Source: an uncultured Acidimicrobiaceae bacterium (GTDB lineage Bacteria; Actinomycetota; Acidimicrobiia; Acidimicrobiales; Bog-793). Taken from it: DNA of 64,000 nt. Positions 20,497-29,323 of the stretch are shown here, piece by piece. A model generated the notes under the pieces. That model worked only from the letters and a program-made list of their open reading frames with translations, had not been told where the DNA came from and made no database searches. The stretch spans positions 60,391-124,390 of the forward strand of contig CAVXGQ010000005.1 in the NCBI GenBank assembly GCA_963761425.1, given 5' to 3'. The position numbers and the translations under genes were made by a program. Each line of letters starts with the position of its first letter. Position 1 is the first letter of the stretch.

Positions 20497-21708
20497 GTGG
20501 TGAGCGAGGATCGTCGTGTTCGGACCGCCAGAAGTTGCCGATCGGCTAGGCGCGTCCTCGCGCCTGCCGTCGCGGTGGTCGGTCTGATCCTGGCAGCCGA
20601 GCTCGGGCCGATGGCGGCGGGCGTGGCGTCTTCTCGGACCGCACCCACGCACGGTAAGCAGCCGGCGGCATGTTCGGTCGCGGCCAAGCTCGAAACCTGG
20701 AGTCTCGCCCGCCTCGCGGCCCAGACGTTGGCCGCGGCGGCAGACGAGCAAGACGTCGCCGGGGTTTCCCATGAGGTATCCATCGGCATCGGCGGCCTCG
20801 TCCTTTTCGGGTCGGCGGCACCGCCCGATCTCGGTAGGGAGCTTGCCGCCCTCGAGGTCCATGCCCCGGGAGGGGTAAAGCCGCTCGTCATGGCCGACGA
20901 GGAAGGAGGCGCGGTACAGCGGATGGCGAACCTGGTCGGGTCGATGCCTTCGGCGCGGGTGATGGGCGCCACCATGACGCCAGCGCAGATCGAGGCGCTC
21001 GCGACACAGGTCGGTCGAGGCATGCTCGCCGCCGGGGTGACGATGGATCTTGCGCCCGTTCTTGACGTGGACGGCGGCGCCGGACCGAATGCGCGGGATC
21101 CCGACGGGACTCGCTCGTTCAGCGCGGAAGTCGGCGTCGCCGCCCAAGACGGTCTCGCCTTCGCCGCCGGCCTCGAGCGGGCGGGGGTGATCGCGGTGGT
21201 GAAACACTTCCCTGGTCTCGGGGGCGTGAGTGAAAACACCGACATTGGTCCCGCCACCACCGTTGCCTGGAGCCGCCTCCAGCAGACCGGGTTGGTGCCA
21301 TTCGTGGACGCGGTCGATGCCGGGATCCAAGCCGTGATGGTCGCCAATGCGTCCGTCCCCGGTCTCACCGCCCAGCCGGCGAGCCTGTCCGCGGTCGTCG
21401 AAACCTGGTTGCTGCGGGACCACCTCCATTTCAAAGGGCTGATCCTCACCGATTCGCTGATCGCCGGGGCGATCAAGGCGACCGGGTTGACCCTGTCCCA
21501 GGCGGCGGTCGAGGCGCTGCGCGCCGGAGCCGATCTGCTCCTGTATCAGGCCTCCGGCGGGAGCATCGACGAAACGACCAACGAGATCGTGCACGCGATC
21601 GTGGAAGCGGTTGGGAACGGAGTGTTGTCGAGGTCGCAGCTCATCGGGGCGGTCAGTTACATGCTGGCGGCCAAAGGAGTCAACCTGTGCGCACGCCGCG
21701 GAACGTGA
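20497..21708 (+). CDS. glycoside hydrolase family 3 (beta-N-acetylhexosaminidase, NagZ-like)
   Basis: GH3 N-terminal domain motifs: KPLVMADEEGGAVQR, GVTMDLAPVLDV, KHFPGLGGVSENTD, LILTDSL. N-terminal signal-like segment; exact start uncertain. Confidence 0.85.
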   Translation: MVSEDRRVRTARSCRSARRVLAPAVAVVGLILAAELGPMAAGVASSRTAPTHGKQPAACSVAAKLETWSLARLAAQTLAAAADEQDVAGVSHEVSIGIGGLVLFGSAAPPDLGRELAALEVHAPGGVKPLVMADEEGGAVQRMANLVGSMPSARVMGATMTPAQIEALATQVGRGMLAAGVTMDLAPVLDVDGGAGPNARDPDGTRSFSAEVGVAAQDGLAFAAGLERAGVIAVVKHFPGLGGVSENTDIGPATTVAWSRLQQTGLVPFVDAVDAGIQAVMVANASVPGLTAQPASLSAVVETWLLRDHLHFKGLILTDSLIAGAIKATGLTLSQAAVEALRAGADLLLYQASGGSIDETTNEIVHAIVEAVGNGVLSRSQLIGAVSYMLAAKGVNLCARRGT

Positions 21709-21824
21709 CGTCGACCTGACGCTCCATCTCGCCGGCGCGGGAGCGCGAACCGGCGGTCATGCTCCGAGTCGAGTGCCTTGCCGCACGGGGAACGGGGCGC
21801 ATGGCCCGAAGATCCCTTTAGCGT

Positions 21825-22055
21825 TCAGTAGACCCGCGCGTAGACTAGGATCCCCAGCACGACGATGACGAGGCCGACGATCGGCACGATGATCGCGCGC
21901 GAAACGCGCAAGGCAACCCGTATGCCGCCGACGACAACCAGCAGAGCGCCGACGACGATGCCGACGATTCCCGCCACGTGGTGCTTGCTGAGTGTTGCCA
22001 GAACTGAAGCCATCATGCCGACGGCGTGCATGGTCTCTCCCTCGACGATCTGCAT
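21825..22055 (-). CDS. small membrane protein (two TM segments)
   Basis: C-terminal part of ORF 21825..22325: MQIVEGETMHAVGMMASVLATLSKHHVAGIVGIVVGALLVVVGGIRVALRVSRAIIVPIVGLVIVVLGILVYARVY. The upstream part of the ORF is not protein-like. Start uncertain. Confidence 0.45.
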   Translation of the reverse strand: MQIVEGETMHAVGMMASVLATLSKHHVAGIVGIVVGALLVVVGGIRVALRVSRAIIVPIVGLVIVVLGILVYARVY

Positions 22056-22398
22056 GAACCGCGAGACTGTAGCGATCGGGCGCATGGTCGCGCGGCCGAT
22101 CTCATCGGCCGTGTCACTGTCAGGAAGTACCGGCCTCGATCCGCCGATCTGCCGGGGCGGCCCGCCAGCTTGGTCGGCGGGCTCTGGTGCTCCTCGAGGG
22201 CATGAACTTGACGGCAGGCGCAGATCGGCTCCGCACTGCTCATCTACTTCGGCTAACGGCTCCGGGCGCCCCTTTCCCGCCGGCCGGGGCCCTTCGGTGT
22301 CGGGGAAGGCTTGGGGAAGGGTCACTTTCCGGGTCGAACGGCCCCTTGCGTCGAGCGGCGCGATACCAGCTCACGAAAGCCATCTTCGGGGGCGCCCC

Positions 22399-23145
22399 TC
22401 AGGGCGCGGTGACGACCCGGAACAACTCCGCCAGTCGCCCTTCGGGCAGCCCGGCGCGACGGGCCCCGGTGGCGAGCCAGGAGCCCACGCGTTCGGCGAG
22501 CCATTCGCCCTGGCCGACCTGGCTCACGTGACAGCGCAGCGCGTTGATCTTGCGGTCAAAAGAGTCGGTGACGTCGACGGCGCGGTTCGGTTCGGGATGT
22601 GCCACGAGCCACAGCTCGTCCACCCGATGGGGTTCGAGCCGATCCGCCAGGAGCTCCGGGTACGCGAAGGGATTGCGCGCGTCGGGATAGAACGCGCAGA
22701 CCGTAGCCTCGCCCGCCGCAAGGTGGTCCGGATGCGAGGCGCCGAGGGTGTCCCAGTTCCGCTCCGGCGACGGGCAGACCACACGCTCCGGGCGAAGCGT
22801 GCGCAGAAGACGGCTGATCTCGCGACGCAGTTCGCTCGAGGCGACCAGCGCGCCGTCCGGGTAGCCGAGGAAGTGCACGTCATGGACGCCTGCGACCGCC
22901 GCCGCGGCCCGCTGTTCGTTCCGACGGATCTCGGCCATCTCGGCGCGCTCGATCGAGCGGTCGGAACCCCCGGCGTCACCATCGGTGATGATGCAGTAGG
23001 AGACGTCCAGTCGGGCGTCGGTCCAAAGCGCAACGGACCCCGCCACGCCGAACTCGACATCGTCGGGGTGGGCGGCGACCACGAGGACGCGGGAGATACC
23101 CGGGTCGACGCCGTCGGTGACGGTGAGAGCCGCCTTATCGGTCAT
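22399..23145 (-). CDS. PIG-L/LmbE family deacetylase (MshB/Mca-like)
   Basis: VLVVAAHPDDVEFGVAGSVALW and HPDH motifs match the zinc site of the LmbE family. Lies near mshA. Confidence 0.85.
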   Translation of the reverse strand: MTDKAALTVTDGVDPGISRVLVVAAHPDDVEFGVAGSVALWTDARLDVSYCIITDGDAGGSDRSIERAEMAEIRRNEQRAAAAVAGVHDVHFLGYPDGALVASSELRREISRLLRTLRPERVVCPSPERNWDTLGASHPDHLAAGEATVCAFYPDARNPFAYPELLADRLEPHRVDELWLVAHPEPNRAVDVTDSFDRKINALRCHVSQVGQGEWLAERVGSWLATGARRAGLPEGRLAELFRVVTAP

Positions 23146-23351
23146 CGACCGCGCGGTTGATCATCGTGGGAGGCTAGCGCCGGGTGGGGTTCGCGGGCGT
23201 TCTGTCGAGGTCCGCGTGAACCCCTCGTGCGCCTGGAACGGGGCCCGATGCCTCTGGCCCGTTGCTGACCGGGCGGTCCGCTACGCTCCCGCCATGTTCG
23301 GGCCTCCGGTGCCCACCGGCACCACAACCGTCCGGTATTAGGGCGCGCCCG

Positions 23352-23624
23352 ATGGCTGACTCGTCGCAAGCTCCGCCCGGGGGCGAACCGCCGGCGACGG
23401 TGCCGGACGCGGCACTCGACGAGGCGCGAGCCCTGGTCGCTGGGGCGGAGACCGAGCTCGACGCCATCGAACAGGCGATCAAGCGTCTCGAGCACGGCAC
23501 GTACTCGACCTGCGAGGTCTGCGAGTCGCCGATCGAGCCGGAACGTCTCAGCGCCGAGCCGACGGGCCGGCGCTGCGCCGCGCACGATGCGTCAGGCCGA
23601 TCGGGGTCATCGCCGGTCGGGTAG
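23352..23624 (+). CDS. TraR/DksA-family C4 zinc-finger protein
   Basis: AIEQAIKRLEHGTYSTCEVCESPIEPERLSAEPTGRRCAAH shows CxxC...C zinc-finger spacing typical of DksA/TraR. Start taken at ATG 23352. Confidence 0.75.
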   Translation: MADSSQAPPGGEPPATVPDAALDEARALVAGAETELDAIEQAIKRLEHGTYSTCEVCESPIEPERLSAEPTGRRCAAHDASGRSGSSPVG

Positions 23625-23640
23625 AGCGCGACCTATCGAC

Positions 23641-24060
23641 TCAGGCCTTCTTGGTCTCCCGGAAGATGCGATCGATCTCGGCGATGCCTTCGAGCAGCCG
23701 GTCTGCCACCGCGACATCGCAAGTCTTCTTGGCCTCGCCGGCGGCCTTGGTCGTCATCCAGAACAGCTCGTGCAGCTCGGGGAAGCGTTGGGCGTGCTCC
23801 GGTCGGAAGTAGTCGGTCCACAGCACCCAGAGGTGGTGCTTAACGAGCTCGGCCCGCTCTTCTTTGATCATGATGGCGCGCTGGCGGAACACGGGATCAT
23901 CGGAGGCGTTGAACTTGTCCATGCAGGCCTTCACCGACTCCGCCTCGATGCGGGCCTGCGCCGGGTCGTAGACGCCGCAGGGCAGGTCGCAGTGGGCGTG
24001 CGCCGTGCGCGGTGGCACGAGGCGGTCGGTGAGAGAGAACAGGTATGAGGTGAGCGGCAT
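23641..24060 (-). CDS. sodN: nickel superoxide dismutase precursor
   Basis: MPLTSYLFSLTDRLVPPRTAHA / HCDLPCGVYDP is an N-terminal propeptide followed by the Ni-hook (His-Cys-x-x-Pro-Cys-Gly-x-Tyr). The upstream part of ORF 23641..24405 is not coding. Confidence 0.95.
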   Translation of the reverse strand: MPLTSYLFSLTDRLVPPRTAHAHCDLPCGVYDPAQARIEAESVKACMDKFNASDDPVFRQRAIMIKEERAELVKHHLWVLWTDYFRPEHAQRFPELHELFWMTTKAAGEAKKTCDVAVADRLLEGIAEIDRIFRETKKA

Positions 24061-24148
24061 GCCACGACTCCTTCGATCGCTGTCATTTGCCCGCCGTGGC
24101 GGGAGAGATGCCGGCGCCGAGGCGCGCGGCGCGGTCAACACTAACGAG

Positions 24149-24517
24149 GTGCGCCCCTTCCGATACCGCTGGCGCCGGCGTGCCGCGGCCCTGGCGCGGA
24201 CCCTGCGGATCCCGACCCGCGTTATCGTGGCCGGCCCGAGCATGCTGCCGACGCTGTGCGACGGCGACCGTTGCGCGGTGCGCAGGACCCGGCGGGTGGG
24301 GCCCGGGGACCTCGTCGTGCTTCTCGACCCGGAGGAGCCGAGCCGCCTCCTCGTGAAGAGAGCCGTGGAGGTCTCGCCCCGAGGCCTCCTGGTCGTCGGC
24401 GACAATCCCGGCGCCAGTCGCGACAGTCGAAACTTCGGAGCGGTGCCGCTCGAATCGCTCGTCGGTGTGGCGTGGTACCGCTACGGGCCGGCGGGTCGGA
24501 TCGGCCCGGTCCGCTGA
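24149..24517 (+). CDS. sodX: S26-family signal-peptidase-like protease, Ni-SOD maturation
   Basis: VAGPSMLPTL (catalytic Ser), VVLLDPEEPSRLLVKRAV, GDNPGASRDSRNFG. Divergent from sodN as in Streptomyces. Start set at GTG 24149; ATG 24059 is possible but would overlap the sodN start. Confidence 0.8.
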   Translation: MRPFRYRWRRRAAALARTLRIPTRVIVAGPSMLPTLCDGDRCAVRRTRRVGPGDLVVLLDPEEPSRLLVKRAVEVSPRGLLVVGDNPGASRDSRNFGAVPLESLVGVAWYRYGPAGRIGPVR

Positions 24518-24523
24518 GGGGTC

Positions 24524-25819
24524 TTGGTGCGGCTGAAGGGGGCCGTGCCGTTACGCTTGGCCCGAATGCGCAAGATCGCGGTTCTCTCCATGCACACGTC
24601 GCCCCTCGCCCAACCCGGCAGCGGCGACGGCGGGGGGATGAACGTCTACGTGCGCGAACTGTCCTCGTCCCTGGCGCGGGCGGGCGTCGGTTGCGACGTC
24701 TACACCCGCGCCTCGGCGGAGGGCCTTCCGTCGCTCGTCGAGGTGGAGCCGGGGCTGACCGTCCACCACGTCGACGCCGGACCGAGACGACCGGTCCCGA
24801 AGGGGCTCCTGCACGAGCTCGTCGGCGACTTCACCGAGGCCGTCGCCGACCGCATGGCCGGGTTCGAGGCGCTCGGCGCCCCCCGGACGGACGCGATCCA
24901 CGCCAACTATTGGCTCTCGGGCATGGCCGGTCATGCGCTGAAGCACCGGCTGGGGATCCCGCTCGTCTCGACCTTTCACACCCTGGACCGCGTGAAAGCG
25001 GAGGCGAGCCCGGAGGAGTTCGACCCCGCCGATCCGGGGCGACGGGCCCGCGCCGAGGCGGAGATCATCGGATGCTCTGACGCCATCCTCGCTTCCTGTT
25101 CGGTAGAGCTCGACCAACTGGTCGAGCTCTACGGTGCCGACCCTTCCCGGGTGGAGATCGTCGCTCCCGGCGTGGACCACGCCTTTTTCTCCCCGGGCAA
25201 CAAGCTCCAGGCCCGCCGGGCGCTCGGGCTCGCCGGGGACGAGCCATTGCTTCTGTTCGTCGGTCGCATCCAGCCTCTCAAGGGGACCGATGTCGCCGTC
25301 CGGACCCTCGCCGCCCTCGGTCGCTCTGGCCGGGGCGCCCGCTTGGCGGTCGTCGGCGGACCCAGCGGACCGCGCGGGCAAGCCGCGGTCGCCACGCTGC
25401 ACGCGCTGGTGGCGGAGCTCGGGCTCGACGGCCGGGTGGCGTTCGTGCCGCCCCAGCCGCACGAGCGGCTCTCCACCTTCTACCGGGCGGCGGACGTCTG
25501 CCTCGTGCCGAGCCGCTCGGAATCCTTCGGTCTCGTCGCCCTGGAGGCTGCCGCCTGTGGCGCCCCCGTCGTGGCCTCCGCCGTCGGGGGTCTCGCCACG
25601 CTCGTCGACCATGGCGAGACCGGCTTCCTCGTTGAGGAGGGTGGTGTCGCGGCCTTCGCCGGTTACGTCGCGGCCCTCCTGCGCGACCCGGGGCTGGTGG
25701 CCCGCCTGGGGGAAGCGGCGGCGCGACGGGCCCGGGCCTACACCTGGTCGCTCGCCGCGGCCCGGCTGCGCCGTCTCTACCTCGACTTGACCGCCCGCAA
25801 CCTCGTCGAGTGCGGTTGA
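24524..25819 (+). CDS. mshA: D-inositol-3-phosphate glycosyltransferase (mycothiol biosynthesis, GT4)
   Basis: RKIAVLSMHTSPLAQPGSGDGGGMNVYVRELS is the characteristic MshA N-terminus. The GT4 C-terminal region reads PSRSESFGLVALEAAACGAPVVASAVGGL. Confidence 0.9.
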   Translation: MVRLKGAVPLRLARMRKIAVLSMHTSPLAQPGSGDGGGMNVYVRELSSSLARAGVGCDVYTRASAEGLPSLVEVEPGLTVHHVDAGPRRPVPKGLLHELVGDFTEAVADRMAGFEALGAPRTDAIHANYWLSGMAGHALKHRLGIPLVSTFHTLDRVKAEASPEEFDPADPGRRARAEAEIIGCSDAILASCSVELDQLVELYGADPSRVEIVAPGVDHAFFSPGNKLQARRALGLAGDEPLLLFVGRIQPLKGTDVAVRTLAALGRSGRGARLAVVGGPSGPRGQAAVATLHALVAELGLDGRVAFVPPQPHERLSTFYRAADVCLVPSRSESFGLVALEAAACGAPVVASAVGGLATLVDHGETGFLVEEGGVAAFAGYVAALLRDPGLVARLGEAAARRARAYTWSLAAARLRRLYLDLTARNLVECG

Positions 25820-25826
25820 GGCAGCG

Positions 25827-26654
25827 GTGACGGAGGGCGTCCGGCTCTGCATCGTCGGAGGGGGCCGGATGGGGACCGCTCTCGTCGCCGGGCTGCTCAC
25901 CGGGGGATGGGGGACGCCCGACGAGATCGTGGTGGCCGAACGGGTGGACACTGCGCGCCACGTTTTGCAGGAACGCTTTCCCCGGCTCAGCGTCTCTGCT
26001 GGCCCACAATCCGCCGAGGGCGTTGTCGTGGCGGTGAAGCCGCACGATGCCGAGGCGGTCTGTCGTCAGCTCGGCGGGTTCGGCTACCGGCGCGTGCTGT
26101 CGATCGCCGCTGGGATCACCAGCGCCAGCCTCGGGGAGTGGTTCGGAGGAAAGGTCCCGGTGGTGCGGGCGATGCCGAACACTCCGGCGCAGCTGGGGTC
26201 GGGGGTGTCGATCATCGCCGGAGGATCGGCGGTCACGGAGGCCGATCTCGTCTGGGCCGAGGGAATCTTGTCGGCGGTCGGCACCGTCGTTCGGCTTCCC
26301 GAGGAGCTCGTGAACGCGGCGACGGGGGTTTCTGGCTGTGGGCCCGCCTATCTCTTCTACCTCGCCGAGGCGCTCATCTCGGCCGGGGTCGCCGCCGGGC
26401 TCGAGGCCAGCGTCGCCCGGCAACTCGTCGACGAGACCCTTCTTGGGGCGGCCCGGATGATCGTCGAGAGCGGGCGACCGGCGGAGGTGCTGCGCGCCGA
26501 GGTCGCCTCCCCGGGGGGGTCGACCGAGGCGGCCCTCAAGATGCTCGAGGCCCGGGGCGTGCGCGCCGCGTTCGTCGACGCCGTCGCCGCGGCGGTGGCC
26601 CGGGCCGGCGAGCTCGGCGAGGCCAACTCAGGCACGCGACCAACCTCCCGGTGA
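25827..26654 (+). CDS. proC: pyrroline-5-carboxylate reductase
   Basis: LCIVGGGRMGTAL NADP site, VRAMPNTPAQLG and SPGGSTEAAL motifs. Confidence 0.9.
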   Translation: MTEGVRLCIVGGGRMGTALVAGLLTGGWGTPDEIVVAERVDTARHVLQERFPRLSVSAGPQSAEGVVVAVKPHDAEAVCRQLGGFGYRRVLSIAAGITSASLGEWFGGKVPVVRAMPNTPAQLGSGVSIIAGGSAVTEADLVWAEGILSAVGTVVRLPEELVNAATGVSGCGPAYLFYLAEALISAGVAAGLEASVARQLVDETLLGAARMIVESGRPAEVLRAEVASPGGSTEAALKMLEARGVRAAFVDAVAAAVARAGELGEANSGTRPTSR

Positions 26655-26731
26655 CCGCCGGAGGACACGAAATCTCTTTCCCCTCTTTCCCCACGAGCCC
26701 CGCTGGCCTACAGTCGTGTCGGCGGAGAGGG

Positions 26732-26935
26732 GTGATCGAGCTGTCCATCCAATACACGAAGTCGCAGTTCCTCACGGTGGGAGAGGTCGCGCGGATGCTG
26801 CGGATCTCGAACATGACCGTCTACCGGCTCATCAGTTCCGGCCAGCTGCCCGCGGTCCGGGTGGGCAAGTCCTACCGCCTGCGCGAAGAGGACGTCGACG
26901 GCTACCTCGCCGCACGGTTCACCGAGGCGGGCTAG
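26732..26935 (+). CDS. excisionase-family helix-turn-helix DNA-binding protein
   Basis: GTG 26732 preceded by GGAGAGGGG. FLTVGEVARMLRISNMTVYRLISSGQLPAVRVGKSYRLREEDVDGYL. Same position downstream of proC as the small HTH gene known in mycobacteria. Confidence 0.8.
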   Translation: MIELSIQYTKSQFLTVGEVARMLRISNMTVYRLISSGQLPAVRVGKSYRLREEDVDGYLAARFTEAG

Positions 26936-27162
26936 GCACCACCGTTTGACACCGCCTACTGGACGGCGATCTCGCCGCCGGCGTGGCGGGATCGCCCGGA
27001 GGACGGAGCTCGGGCCGAAGCGCGGCCCGTGGCGCCCCGACCGGTCCGAGCATCCTCGGGCAACTCGCGGACGGCCAACCTCTTTTGTTGGCTCGCTCGC
27101 CCTCGACGGGCCCGCCGGGCCGCGAAGGTCCAGCGTCGTCCGTCCGCCGCGCCCTCGTTAGG

Positions 27163-27903
27163 GTGCAAGACGTGGCGGCGACGGAACTGGAACGCCTGAG
27201 CAACCGGATTCCCGGGCCGACGGTGACGCGCCTGCCGCTCTACCGGCGGGCGCTCTCGGTGATGGTCGAGCGGGGGGTCACCCACGTGTCGTCGTCCGAG
27301 CTCGCCGGGGTCGTCGGCGTGAACCCGGCCACGCTGCGCCGGGACTTGTCGCGTTTCGGTTCGTACGGCACCCGTGGCACCGGCTACGAGGTGCCGCGCC
27401 TGCTCGACCGGGTCGACGCGGCGCTGGCGCTCGACCGGGACTGGCCGGTCGCGATCGTCGGGGTCGGCAATCTCGGGCGGGCGCTCGCCCGGTCGCGGGG
27501 TTTCCGTTCGGGCGGGTTCCGGGTGGTGGTGCTCGTCGACGTCGACTCGGCGGTCGTGGGGACGACGCTCGACGGGATCGAGGTCGAGCCCCTGGAGGAG
27601 CTGGGTGCGGCCTGCGCCCGCGAGCTGGTGCGAATTGGCGTCATCACCACCCCGGCGAGCGAGAGCCAGGGCGTCGCCGAACGGCTCGTTGCCGCCGGGG
27701 TGCGGTCGATCCTCAACTTTGCGCCGGTCGTTCTCACGGCGCCCGCCGGGGTGACGGTCCGTCAGGTGGACCTCGCCGCGGAGCTCCAGGTGCTCGCGTT
27801 CTACCGTTCCCGCCCCCCCCGTCCACCGGAAGGGTCCGACGAGACGTACCGGGCCGACCGGGAGGACCATCCCGTTGCCGACCGGATCGACGAGAGACCG
27901 TAG
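27163..27903 (+). CDS. rex: redox-sensing transcriptional repressor Rex
   Basis: IPGPTVTRLPLYRRAL...SSSELAGVVGVNPATLRRDLSRFGSYGTRGTGY (wHTH) followed by the Rossmann segment VAIVGVGNLGRALA. Start set at GTG 27163. Confidence 0.85.
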   Translation: MQDVAATELERLSNRIPGPTVTRLPLYRRALSVMVERGVTHVSSSELAGVVGVNPATLRRDLSRFGSYGTRGTGYEVPRLLDRVDAALALDRDWPVAIVGVGNLGRALARSRGFRSGGFRVVVLVDVDSAVVGTTLDGIEVEPLEELGAACARELVRIGVITTPASESQGVAERLVAAGVRSILNFAPVVLTAPAGVTVRQVDLAAELQVLAFYRSRPPRPPEGSDETYRADREDHPVADRIDERP

Positions 27904-27990
27904 AGTCTGCAGGCGGCGTGCGGTGGTCCCTCCGGCGTGGCCGCAGGTCGGCTTGCCGCCGGGATCCGCCGTGAGTCCCAGGACGAGGAG

Positions 27991-29271
27991 GTGAGCGTGC
28001 CGGTCGTCGTGGTCGGGCTGCACGAGAGGGACGCGCCGCTCGAGCTGCTGGAGTCGCTGGCGTTCTCCGACGAGGAGCTGCCCAAGGCGCTCGCCGGGCT
28101 GGGGGACAGCCCGCACCTGTCCGAGGCCGTGATCCTGTCCACCTGTATGCGCACCGAGGTCTACGCGGTCACCGACACCTTCCGCGACGGGGTGGCGGAC
28201 GTTCGCAATTTCCTGGACGACCGGCTGGCCGCCAGCAGCGCCCCGGCCACCGCCCTCGAAGGGGCGCTGGACGTGTCGCGCGACGAATCCGCGGTGCGCC
28301 ACCTGTTCGAGGTGGCGTCGGGCATCGACTCGCCGGTGCTCGGCGAGGGCGAGATCCTGCGCCAGGTGCGCTCGGCCCACGAGTGCGCCCACCACGAACG
28401 AGTTTCCGGCCCGGTCCTTGACGGTCTGTTCCGCCATGCCGTCGAGGTCGGCAAGCGGGCCCGAGCCGAGACCGGGATCGCCCGGGGCATCACCTCGCTC
28501 GCCCACGTCGCGGTGGCGCTGGCTATCGAGCACCTGGGCGGGTCGCTCGCCGGGCGGCGGGTGGTCGTCGTCGGTACCGGCCAGATGGGCGAGGGTCTCA
28601 TCGACGCGCTTTCGCCTGTCGGGGGCCAGGCCGACCTGGTGGTGGTGAGTCGCAGTCGTAGCCGGGCGGACGCCCTGGTGAACTCCATCGGCGGTCGGGG
28701 GGCCGGGCTCGCCGACCTCGGTTCGGAGCTCGCCGACGCCGACGTGCTGTTCTCCGCCACCTCGTCGTCGGAGATGCTGCTCGGGCCGGAGGACCTCCAG
28801 CGGGCCCGCCAAACCCGGCCCCGACATCCGCTGCTCATCGTCGACGCGGCGGTGCCGCGGGACGTCGACCCCGCGGTGGCGTCATTTCCCGACGTCACCC
28901 TGAGGGACGTCGACGACCTTCGCAACTTCGCGGAACGCGCCCTGGCGACGAGGCGGGCGGAGATCGACCGGGTGCGGGAGATCGTCGGTGAGGAGCTCGG
29001 CCGGTACGCCCACGACGCCCGGGGACGTTCGGTGGCTCCGGTCGTCACCGCCCTGCACGAGCGCGCCGAGCTGATCCGCGCCGGCGAGCTGGAGCGGATC
29101 GAGGCGGTGCTGTCCCGCCTCGGTGCCGACGAGCGCGCCGCGGTGGAATCCGCCACCCGTCGCATCGTCGCCAAACTGGTCCACGAGCCGACGGTCCGGG
29201 TGAAGGGGGCGGCCGGCTCACCGCGTGGCGAGCGCCTCGCCGAGGCGCTGCGCGCCCTGTTCGGCCTGTAG
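27991..29271 (+). CDS. hemA: glutamyl-tRNA reductase
   Basis: GTG 27991 after GAGGAG. Motifs VVVGLHERDAPLELLE, STCMRTEVY (catalytic Cys), SPVLGEGEILRQV, VVVGTGQMGE. Confidence 0.9.
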   Translation: MSVPVVVVGLHERDAPLELLESLAFSDEELPKALAGLGDSPHLSEAVILSTCMRTEVYAVTDTFRDGVADVRNFLDDRLAASSAPATALEGALDVSRDESAVRHLFEVASGIDSPVLGEGEILRQVRSAHECAHHERVSGPVLDGLFRHAVEVGKRARAETGIARGITSLAHVAVALAIEHLGGSLAGRRVVVVGTGQMGEGLIDALSPVGGQADLVVVSRSRSRADALVNSIGGRGAGLADLGSELADADVLFSATSSSEMLLGPEDLQRARQTRPRHPLLIVDAAVPRDVDPAVASFPDVTLRDVDDLRNFAERALATRRAEIDRVREIVGEELGRYAHDARGRSVAPVVTALHERAELIRAGELERIEAVLSRLGADERAAVESATRRIVAKLVHEPTVRVKGAAGSPRGERLAEALRALFGL

Positions 29272-29323
29272 CCGCGTTGGTCCGGCGGGGCGCCGCCCTC
29301 CAGGCGATGCCGCAGGTCGCGTC

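Noticed and set aside
24059-24148. ATG 24059 as the sodX start
   Set aside because: It would overlap the divergent sodN start codon (shared GCATGC) and add an Arg-rich, non-conserved-looking N-terminus. GTG 24149 was preferred, but this remains unresolved.
27074-27092. GCCAAC-n7-GTTGGC hairpin as terminator or Rex site between the small HTH gene and rex
   Set aside because: The stem is only 6 bp with no T-tract and no similarity to ROP. Too weak to call.
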